Below are positions 1-10,200 of a stretch of 41,183 nucleotides of DNA, piece after piece (position 1 is the first letter of the stretch; the number at the start of each line of letters is the position of its first letter). Source of the DNA: Catajapyx aquilonaris (lineage: Eukaryota); the NCBI GenBank assembly GCA_000934665.2, contig JYFJ02003461.1, positions 1 to 41,183 on the forward strand, given 5' to 3'. The translations under genes were made by a program, and so were the position numbers. The notes beneath the pieces were generated by a model, which saw only the letters and a list, made by a program, of their open reading frames with translations, searched no databases and was not told the DNA's origin.

Positions 1-117
1 CCCCCGGGATAAAAATATTTAGATTTTATATGGTACCACAGGGTTCATATTCGAAAATATAAACATGTGCAGCAAGGGTAGGAGGGCCTATCAAGACAGG
101 GCATATTAAGACAATTT

Positions 118-474
118 GGGGAGGTGTGGTGGCCGAGATGGTAACGTCTCGGCTTGCTGAGCGAAAGGCCCCAGGTTCGATCCCCGCCTGGGGAACTTTC
201 CTTTCACCTGCGTCAGGAGGGTCTCTGACCTGCACCAAGGAGGTGTCTGGCAACCTATAACCTCCTGGGGAACAGCACGTGACCCATAGTTACGACATTG
301 CACCTTGCACCCATGTTCCCTCACCAAAAATCCATATCCTTTCCCATTGTCCCTGTTTCCTTGCACCGGTGAATGAAGTGAAAATATATACAGAAAACTG
401 ATGGTGGTATGCCACCCCCCTATAGCTCCCGTAAGGGACATCACGGGGTAAAATAAATAAATAATAATACAAAA
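118..474 (+). mobile_element. tRNA-derived SINE, family A
   Basis: A box TGGCCGAGATGG, B box GGTTCGATCCC, A-rich tail, 13-bp TSD ATTAAGACAATTT (105-117 / 475-487). Related copies at 21313-21648 and 22855-23210. Confidence 0.9.
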
Positions 475-504
475 ATTAAGACAATTTCGCCCTTTATGAT
501 GTCC

Positions 505-791
505 TGTACAGGCGCATAGGCAGAAGAATTTCAGAGGGGGGCCCATTTCGTAAGCAAAAGGTGAACAATCCGTAAAGGGGGGGAACGGGCCCGCCGCAGG
601 CGAAATTTTTTGGGGGTGAGGTGAGGAGATTAGGTGAGATGTGGGAGATTTGAATGGGTGTGTATTTGATGAAATTAGTAGCACTTTTTCCAAAAAAAAA
701 TCCTGAATTAGTAATTTATCATGCGCGGCGCCCCCTTCCCTTTGGCGCCCCGGGCGGTCGCCCGGCTCGCCCCCCCCTAAGGCCGGCCCTG
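505..791. mobile_element. hAT-like MITE fragment(s)
   Basis: Shares internal sequence (GCCCGCC.CAGGCG.AAATTT, GATTTGAATGGGTGTGTATTT) with the TSD-flanked elements at 23898 and 25380; ends in GGCCGGCCCTG. Confidence 0.5.
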
Positions 792-1019
792 CACTTACTT
801 ACTTACTTAGCAGTACCAGAGAGTGTGTGTGTGGGTGTGTGTGTGTACGGGTCTTCAATTAGCTCTCGGGACGGAAATGGGACTTTTTACTGTAACTGTG
901 GAGATATTTTCAAATTGTGGGGACATTTCTCGTCCCCACAATTGATTTCACCGGTTGAGTACATACATAGTGGGGACATGTCCCCACAATTGGGTCACTT
1001 TAAAAACCTTTTATCTCAG

Positions 1020-1097
1020 CCTAGGTAAGTTAGGGTAGGGTAGGTTAGGTATGTTAGGTTAGGTTAGCATAGTTTATGTTAGGGTAAACTAGGTTTG
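1020..1097 (+). repeat. Degenerate (TTAGG)n-like tract inside a repetitive element
   Basis: ctaggtaagttagggtagggtaggttaggtatgttaggttaggttag... Confidence 0.55.
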
Positions 1098-1845
1098 AAA
1101 AGTTGTGTTAGCCATGTCCCCACAGCTAATGGCATGCAAACATGTGTTTGTTGGCAATGGTAGGCTACTGCTGGTACAGTGGTACTGCTAAGTTAGCAGT
1201 AACTAGCAGTGCAGTGGGACGAAAATTCCACAAAAGATGTATTAATATAACGACTATTGTCATTGACTACCGCTGAGGGGGGTAGGATTGAACCATGGGA
1301 TTGAACTAAGGTGAGACCAAAACTTAAATCATTTCAAAATGGCTACAAGTTTACGAGTTATAGAGTTTCAAAATTGGGCCATTCTTTTTCGATGCCCTGT
1401 ATGTTATGCCCACTTGTTCTTACATTTTTCCAGACAACCATTTACAACTTTTATAAGTAAAGTCACAGAAAATAACACCTCCATTCATATCAAGACTATA
1501 GTCTCATACTGTATAAAATTGTCAACTTCAGAAGCTGTTGAATATTTTTCTTCTGCAAACTACTTAATTGGACAGTGAGAGTATTTGTTCCCAAATTATC
1601 AATTACCAGCTACTTTTTTGCAAATCAACTGTTGATATAGATTACAAATACATTTGTCGTTAACTTTCACACTCAAATTGTCAGTCATTAGTAGATCTCT
1701 TCAAAGATCCTGTTATGGAATCCAACTTTTGTTTTGCTAGCTATGGATATTTTGTGGGAAGAAACAGGCAAATCCAGGGAAAACCAGCCATGCACAACAG
1801 AAATGAACCTCAGCCGTTTCCATATATGGTCAAAGGACGTCCAAG

Positions 1846-3057
1846 CAGGGTTGTGAACTGAACCGAACCCGTGCTCTGTGAACCCGATAACATCGGAGCC
1901 ACTCCGGAGCGAGCGTTGGAACTTGGTTCAGGTTCAAGCCGGTTCGGGGGAGAGTGGAGCCATGGTCGGAGCGGGTCCGGAGTTTGGCTGGGAGCTTGCC
2001 AGCTTGCTCCGGAGCATGGTTCGGGCCAACGCCTCCAGAGTTGAGCCCGGTTCCGGAGGGGGGTTCGGAGCGGTTCAGAGCTTGGTTAGGTCCAACATAC
2101 CAACGCAACGGGGGGAAAGGCAGAAAAACCGCTGGATTTACTCCAGCATATGTGTCATGTTTTCATGGTGCCAGAATGACATTTCCAAGCAACCGCGATA
2201 CAGGGTGTACAGCAAATGTCACATTTTTAGGTCATATGCATTTTTGTATGTTACAATATGTCATATGCATTTGTTGTATGTCCCAATATGTCATACCCAT
2301 TTTTTGGATGTCACATTTTCATGTCATACCAAGAGCTAATGGTCATACGCATTTGTTGTATGTCACATTTTCATGGCATATGCATTTTTGTATGTCCCAA
2401 TATCGGCAATATGTCATAAACATTTGTTGTATGTCACAATGCCATACACATTTGTTGTATGTCACATTATGTCATACCCATTTTTTGGATGTCACATTTT
2501 CATGTAATACGCATTTTTTTTGTATGTTACAATATGATATTGTAACACACAAAAAATGCGTATGCCATGAAAATGTGACACACAACAAATGCGTATGACA
2601 TAAAAATGTGACAGCCAAAAAATGGGTACGGTATGACATTGTAACATACAAAAATGCGTATGACATAAAAATGCGACATTTGCCGTACACCCTGTATCGC
2701 GGGTGCTTGGAAATGTCATTCTGGCATCATGAAAACATGACGCATACGCTGGAGTAAATCCAGCGGTTTTTCTGCCTTTCCCCCCGTTTCATTGGTATGT
2801 TGGACCTAACCAAGCTCTGAACCACTCTGAATCCCCCTCCGGAACCGGGTTCAACTCCGGAGGCGTTGGCCCGAACCATGCTCCGGAGCAAGCTGGCAAG
2901 CTGGCAAGCTCCCAGCCAAACTCCGGACCTGCTCCGACCATGGCTCCACTCTCCCCCGAACCGGCTTGAACCCGAACCAAGTTCCAACGCTCGCTCCGGA
3001 GTGGCTCCGATGTTATCGGGTTCACAGAGCAAGGGTTCAGTTCGGTTCACAACCCTG
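1846..3057. mobile_element. hAT-type foldback MITE with long inverted arms and an internal degenerate TGTATGTCACAT minisatellite
   Basis: Termini CAGGGTTGTGAAC...GTTCACAACCCTG, 8-bp TSD CGTCCAAG (1838-1845 / 3058-3065); mirrored ORFs on opposite strands. Confidence 0.92.
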
Positions 3058-3243
3058 CGTCCAAGAATGCACCTCTGGAACCTCCCACTTTTCCAGTTTC
3101 CATGGAGATGCCCTCACACAACAATAGTAGTAAACAGTATTACAGTATTTTGTTGACACTGTTTACTCCTATTGTTGTGTGAGGGCATCTCCATGGAAAC
3201 TGGAAAAGTGGGAGGTTCCAGAGGTGCATTCTTGGACATCCTG
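3058..3243. mobile_element. Short palindromic Tc1/mariner-type MITE whose left tip (about 1832-1845) was split off by the hAT insertion
   Basis: Near-perfect ~80-bp arms; right end ...CTTGGACATCCTG followed by TA; AGGACGTCCAAG remains left of the hAT element. Confidence 0.75.
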
Positions 3244-4227
3244 TAACTATAGACATTCTTTGGCCAACCCAGCTATGATGAGATGAATGGCCGTTACTGG
3301 TATCCTGCACCTTTTGCCTATGGCGCCCTGAAACAATAGTCAAGACAAGGTCACAGGGTGAAAGGCCCATAAATGAAATTCAGGATGAAGCTCAAGCAAC
3401 TCAAACTCTGTATTGCTTCTCTCAACAAGGGTAAATATACAATTTTACAACTAACCATGTGAATTGCGGAGCCACTCAGATAGTCAGCAAGCAGACAACT
3501 ACTGCTTAATAGGCAACGCTCTAACTGGCTAGACCCTACCTCTGAGAGTAAATATAACAAGGCGTGTCATGTTGAAACAGACACTGCGCCTCATCTAAGT
3601 ACATGAAGAGTACAATACTCCGTAAGCACCACAGTAACAAGGAATAATAATTACTATCTTCAAAAGGCAAAGTGCAAGATTCAAAATCAGACCTGACTGA
3701 CCAACCTACTTTTATCTTTGGTTTTCTGCCTCTCCAATTTTCTTATGTGGGTTGAGGGGAACAACAATAGGAATACACCAATGCTATATTAGACACAACT
3801 TGTGATAAGTTACAAGTATACACACATGCATGCACACATGATAAGACACACATGTTCTGGAATGTACGCTGAGAGTTCTGGCTAGACAAAAAAAAAGCCA
3901 GGCGGAATGCTATTCAAGGTGGCTGGCACCTACATTATTATCACCTCATGGGAAATAAGAACATGATTATGGGTGACTAGTAAGAGAGCTGGGCACAACA
4001 GACAGCAACAACAACGACTTACTGGCTGAAGTAATGGATTGATTATACACGATTATGATGCTGTGACTCATAATAATTATATTGCAAGAATCGAATACAC
4101 CCCTTGCAAGTCAAGGGTGCATCGGCTAGCCCAAATGTGCATAAAATGCATAATAATCGTTATGATATTATTGTTATGATGAAGAGTGAATATGAGCCAT
4201 TGATGTTGTGGCAGCACTGGCAGGCTC

Positions 4228-4289
4228 TTAGTTGCTGAGGTCACCCAGGTCGCTCAAGAATCCCTCTGGAGTCAGTATCTGGGTTGAAC
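4228..4289 (-). CDS. Rop: Rop last coding exon ([20 protein letters not shown])
   Basis: Acceptor tattttcag|GT, stop TAA at 4228-4230; matches the Munc18 C-terminal GSTHILTP motif. Confidence 0.93.
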
Positions 4290-7200
4290 CTGAAAATAAT
4301 GAAGAATGAAGACTCCATGATACACACTCAGGTTGGGAAACAAAGTACTGAAACCATTTCCCAAGTAATTTTAAACCATAACACCCTACTCCCAAGTTGC
4401 AATGATTCTGTGCAACAACCAAATAGACTCGCAGAGAATTTGAAAGCAGAGACACAACTATTTATGTAGAGCAGCCAATATCACTTCTAACACCTCAATC
4501 TACAGGGATGATACTCTGCTGAAGTTGACAGTCCCCCAAGTGTAGCAACATAGCAGAGTGGTGGATTTTAGCTATTCATAGAGAAATCAACGAAGTTTGC
4601 ATTCTAGCAGTTGTTCCAAGTCACTATTTCGGTCAATATAGAGCTGCCTTTACCTGTTTTCGATTTTTTAAATTGCCTGCATGACACATGAGCATGGGAA
4701 GTGGACACTTTTCACGTACAACTATTAAGAGGCTGCCCATAAAGTACATCATGATGATTTTTGGGCTCTATTTGATCTCCCCAAACCCTTATGTAACGCA
4801 CATTCACATGGGGTCACACCTCCCCTCAAAGTTGTGGACTCTCCCCAAACTTTCAGTGTTATTCCATACATAAATAAACTTCCCATTGAACTTGTGGATT
4901 AACTTTTGGGTACCTTGATGGTATTCTTGTGGAATATTGAGCTAACTACTCCTACCCTCACACCATACTGCACCAAGGTACGTAAGTCAACCACCCTCCC
5001 CTGCCCCAAGCATGACAATGTACTGATGGATGATCCCTTACAATTTAACTTGGCTAACATTAAACCACAAGTAAATGCACTGAAGATGCAGAGATTGTGA
5101 GTGTGTATGCATCTTACATGCGATTACGCATATAAGATCTCTAAATGGTGTACAGCTTGTAGCTCCAGTAGCGATATTCCTACGTTCAGGCAACTGGATG
5201 AGGGGAAAAAATGGCAGGTTTACACTGCATTATATTCTGCATGGGACTTAACCTGCTAGTAGCAGAATTTCATTTGTGAATAGTCTAACACAAAAAGTGT
5301 CCACTCCTCACATACATGTGCGTGCAGGCAAGAATAAATTTCACAAAAAAGGCACAAAACATCCACACTGACATACAGTTACCACACTTGAGGGACCGTT
5401 GACTTTGGCAGAGCAACTCCATGTAAAACAACAAGCTAATCAAGTGAAAGTTGCTGTAAAATGTAAAACTGATGCCACATAGCAGCAAGAATTGAAGGGG
5501 TCGGTGCAATACTGCCCTAACCCTCCCAAACCTGATTTTGAGAAAACTGCAGTTGAAAGTTTGAGAGGCCATATACATCCCATATACCATGACTTATTTT
5601 ATTTGATTTCTCAGTGACCGATGGCAGAAACTGCACAATTTCAATGGATTTTATTAGATACATGAGTGTAGTACATGGAAGTGTGCTTAACTCAATTTGT
5701 GTCATTTGGTGGGTTAGGGTGGTATTGCACCGACCCCTTCAATTATTATTACTAAGGAACAGATTTTTAGGTTCTAAAAGACCGTAAAAGACCCTCAAAT
5801 AGGTAGGCATTTAGGTCCTGAAAATAGTCAAAATAGGCTCTTAAATAGGCACTAAAAATCAAGCAGGTCCTAATGTTTATCTTTACCCCTATGCCTACTC
5901 TTGGCCGTGGAATTTTGTAGTACAGTAACCAACTAGCAGTGGTTCCATATTTTCGTTCTTTAATCGCAGTTCTTCGGAGACGCCTGTCTGACAATGTATC
6001 TTTATACACTGAAAATGACCTTCAATGCCACAAAGTAACTGGATCATACTTGAAAAGTGAAATGTCTTCTAAGTCAATTCATCCGGCACGCCTACAGCTT
6101 CTTGGCCCTTCGCAGGTTGAAGCGGGAGGGATGCCTTCAGCAGAAAACCCACAAAACTCTAGAAAATCTTACGGAATGGCGTCAAAGAGGTGAAAATAGG
6201 CGCTAATAGGCCATTTAGGTCTCAACACCAGAAATAGGCAATTTTAGCTTCTATATAACTACAATTTTTGAGGTCCTTGTGTTATGAAACTGATAGATAT
6301 TTTGGTTCCGGTGTTCTGCCTATAGAATAAAAAGGAGGTAAAAACCTAGAAATCCGTTCCCTATTATTATATGCACTGTTCAACAGGGAACCAAGTCATG
6401 TACAAATCCGACTTAGACGTTCTCAGGAATGTAACCCCATTCATAGACGAGGGACTTCCTGTATTTTGCAGAAAATTTTCATCTGACTTTTGTAAGGCCC
6501 TACATTTGTCCATAGGAGAATATTTCTGGACATCTGGGAGAAACTCAAAGTGACCAGAAATAATCTACATACCAAGAATAACCTCCCAGTTCTTCAGAGC
6601 ATTGGTGACTTCATATGCACACCGAATCTCAGAAAAGCAGATCCCTCCAACAACAAAGACGAGGAGCCTAGGCAAGTTCTTGAGGTTGGGCTGGCCCTTG
6701 TCCCTGTGCCACTGGCCATAGCGAGCACTGGAGGGAGCAGCCCTGTATCCTGAGGAGGCTGCTCTTCCGGCCAGGAAGGGGAAATGTTTGGCGTCCAAAC
6801 GCTCCTCTATAGTATCCTCCATCAGGTCCTTGATCACTGGGGTCCAACGACTCATCTGGTAAGTTTGTTCTGTTATGCGCTCTTTGCGGGCCACCTGGTA
6901 GATCTTGCGGCGATTACCCTGCATGTAAGAACACATATCATAAAAAACTTTCCCATTCAGCTAACTTCAAGAAAATGTGTCATTGTTAGTGTTGAACCAC
7001 TTGTGCGCAGAGAACATCTATGCATGCTGTTTATACTGAGAAACTTTACTGGATAACAAAACTGAGGAAACTTCACACTACTTCTCTGCATACGCAGATC
7101 CTGCAAAGACAGCTCATTATAAGTCAACAATAAACTTAACACTAACAAGGCAGGTGTAATTATGTGCTGATATGGCAGCAAAATTTTTTCTTATGACAGA

Positions 7201-10200
7201 CAAATATTTCTCATGCCAAGTAACAGGGTCTTTGTATGGCCCTTTTAGTCACATGCACTACAAAAGTGTTTCGAGTTTCAAATAAAATGAATTGTCAGCT
7301 GGGAGGGAACTCCCCTTGTACTCACATCAACAACAACATTGAGTCCAAGGTGTGCCATGTTTGTGATTATCTGCTTCTCTGCAGGTGGGATCTGTGCATG
7401 TTGAACTAGCTTGGTGAGGTTGTCTTCCGAGATGCCATTCTTAGAGAGGATGTAGAGAAGGATGATCCTAATCTTGTCCTTGGTGGAGACAGCCTGGTCA
7501 AGCAGCACTGGCACAATATTCCTCATGTGATCCTTGATTTTCTCTCCTTCTGCATCTGTTCCCATGGCTAGATCTTGTTCCACTTTACAGAGTTTGTCTA
7601 CATATCCTTGATAGGCCTTCATGCAGTCCTCAGCCAAATGCAAATGGGTCGAGTACTTGCTCAGCTCCTTCTGGTACTGAGGCATCTTCTTTATCATCTG
7701 GGACAGGTCCCGCATGCTTGCCTTGTCACTCGCAGGGACACGCTTTGAGTCAACAAACTTCTTGAGGTTTTTGGTAACATTCTGAGAGACCACTGCTATG
7801 TGTTGATGGCGCAGCTCCACCCACAAGTCATCATTCTCGTCCAGCAAAACTTCCTTCTCAGGAGCTCCCTGTGATGCCTCAAACTTGTACACATCATTCT
7901 CAATTGGGAGTAGGTCATATGCCATTGCCTGAAATAATTAGGAAATAAATATTAAACTGCTTCAGTACCAGGGGATAATGAGGCACTAGAGGCAGTGATT
8001 TTCATGGCTCATACCACCATAAGAATACTCCAAGTATTCCAACATTACCAGAAGACTTATGCTCTGGGTATTGGCAGTAACCCAATTGTTCAATTTTTTT
8101 TGGTGATCACAAATTTCCAAACCACAACTGGTGTCATCATTATCTTTATTGCAAATCCATTCTACCATGCATTATTCATTACTGCTAGTATGGAGATAAA
8201 AATCCTGGTCCTCATGTTTCAAGATTATGTCATGTGCCATGCAGCATAATTAAAGGAGAAAACAAGTAAATTAACATGAATTGATATTACACCTGTTCTA
8301 AAAATAACTCCATTTTTCACCCTTAAACATGCAATATTGGCTGTGTATCTTGACATCAAAAATTAAGGAACTCTCTCTGATTCGTTTGCTTTAACTCTGA
8401 TTACTTGCACCAGGTGTTACATGTATTAGTCCACACTCATTAGCTACATATCTTGATGTTTCTGAGAAATGAGCATTTACTTCTTCAGAATTACGTGCTT
8501 TGGGAAGAGAAGAAATTATAGATGACAGGTAGGAGCCTGAACCTGATGCATCCCAATGAATTACACTTCAAACCTAAACAGTATATTCATAACAAATTTC
8601 CTGTTTAAAAAAATCCAAAATCACCAAATGGAAGATGATAAATATTTTATAAAGGTATTGGAAATCAACTGCATTGTAACCACAGTAAAAGCTGCCGCAG
8701 TTCAAAACTATTTTAATGAATACAATCTCTGATCATTATTTGCCATTTTGTATCAGATTTCATAATAATGATGTTGCCTGAATAAGACTTCCAAGTGTGT
8801 ATGATCTAACCTGGAAGGTGAGTTCATGCAGCAATGGGCTGACACAATCAAAGCCACGGTCAAGGATGAGGAGCTGAGACCTGGCTTTCTCTGGTCCCTC
8901 ACCCATAGTGGGCTCATCTGCCTTGTAGGCATCCAGCTTCTGTTGGATCAGCTGGGCAAGCTCCACATTCCGCTCTGTGTCCACCCTGTACCTGACTGCT
9001 GGATACTCACCAAGTGTGGCACACAGTGTGGCTATCTGTTCAGCCATGCGCTCTAAGCTGCTTCCCTTCCCTCCCCCACCAGGTGGTCCTGCACTTCCAC
9101 CACCACCTCCTCCACCCCCTCCTGCCCCACCTCCTCCACCTGCCATCCCAGGAAGCCCACCTCCTGGAGGCCCTCCTGGAGGCCCACCTGGAGGACCCCC
9201 TCCTCCTCCACCTGCTCCATTGGCTGCTCCTGGTGCTCCAGCCCCACCAGCTCCTCCTGCACCACCACCTCCACCACCACTTAAACCATTTGGATTGTAG
9301 TACAGTTGAAATGCTGAAGGACAGTCCAGGGAGAACACCTGAAAAGCATATGGATATACTGTAAGTGTAATCATTTAAAAAATTACACGTGCTACATTGC
9401 ACTATCATTGCAGAAGTTTCAATTTTGACAGAAATATCTGTTGGAACCTCAGAATGACCATCACTGCTGTTATTGACTTCTGCAACGCACTGGCTCATAT
9501 GAGCAATGTGATCAGAAGCCCAGTATCCTGCTATCACCTCTACCACTTTTATATGTCCTTACTCAGTACTGTACGTCTCTGGTGTTTTTCCAAAACTTCC
9601 AATTTGCATGCTTTTAACATTTAAAGCCCAGTAAGTGGTTAGATGATTTTGATTTAACCCTTACATTACACACGTCCTTAAAAACAGTCACTATATAGAT
9701 TTACCCTACATTTTGCCTTTCTCTTCAAATCCAGAGTACTTTATAAACACTGAGCAACTTTAACCATTTAAAAAATTTAACACCAACAGAATTTTTCTCT
9801 ATGCTCTCAGAGGTTACCCTTTCAACTTGTAAACACACCAGCTCCATAATTCCTAAAGTGACATACATCTATTGCAATCAGTACTTCCTTGTCCATTACC
9901 CCATGCATAGGCTCCTGAGGCAACAATATAAATAACAATCCTTACAGAGCACTTCCTATAAACCTATCACATGACTGTCAGTGGAAATCACGCAAGCCAT
10001 GTCCACATATTGGCAATTTGGGCACAGGCTTCACCCACTGGGAACGAAAATATATTCACATATCAATGACTTTTCCCAGAAAACAACTGATTCTGAGTCA
10101 CACAAACTGACATCAATTGTTCAATCCAAATTTCGGAGATGCAAATGGATCAACCAGTGGGAGAAATGAATGGAGGGAGCTGGTGGGCTCCTCTGGACTG

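Noticed and set aside
118..195. tRNA gene-like sequences (also near 12800, 21570, 22855, 32660, 38339)
   Set aside because: Each continues into a SINE body with a tail and TSD; these are SINE heads, not tRNA genes.
380..460. Hammerhead or other ribozyme in the SINE tails
   Set aside because: No CTGANGA...GAAA core with matching stems could be assembled by eye.
1020..1097. Telomere (TTAGG)n
   Set aside because: Short, degenerate and interstitial; embedded in a repeat element.
1830..3156. Long overlapping ORFs and CRISPR-like periodic repeats
   Set aside because: All lie in a TSD-flanked hAT foldback element. The repeats are degenerate minisatellite units without unique spacers, and the context is eukaryotic.
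3140..6560. Alternative C-terminal exon like vertebrate Munc18-1a/b
   Set aside because: No second GSxxILTP-like exon was found by eye; the acceptor-like site near 3328 gives a non-homologous peptide.
9005..9010. Consensus donor TG|GTGAGT inside Rop exon 4
   Set aside because: Dictated by the conserved LGEY codons; using it would delete conserved sequence and shift the frame.
8977..9546. Poly-Pro, poly-His/Leu and Trp/Arg-rich ORFs overlapping Rop exon 4
   Set aside because: Shadow frames of the Gly-rich tract; only the Munc18 frame has homologous flanks and splice sites.
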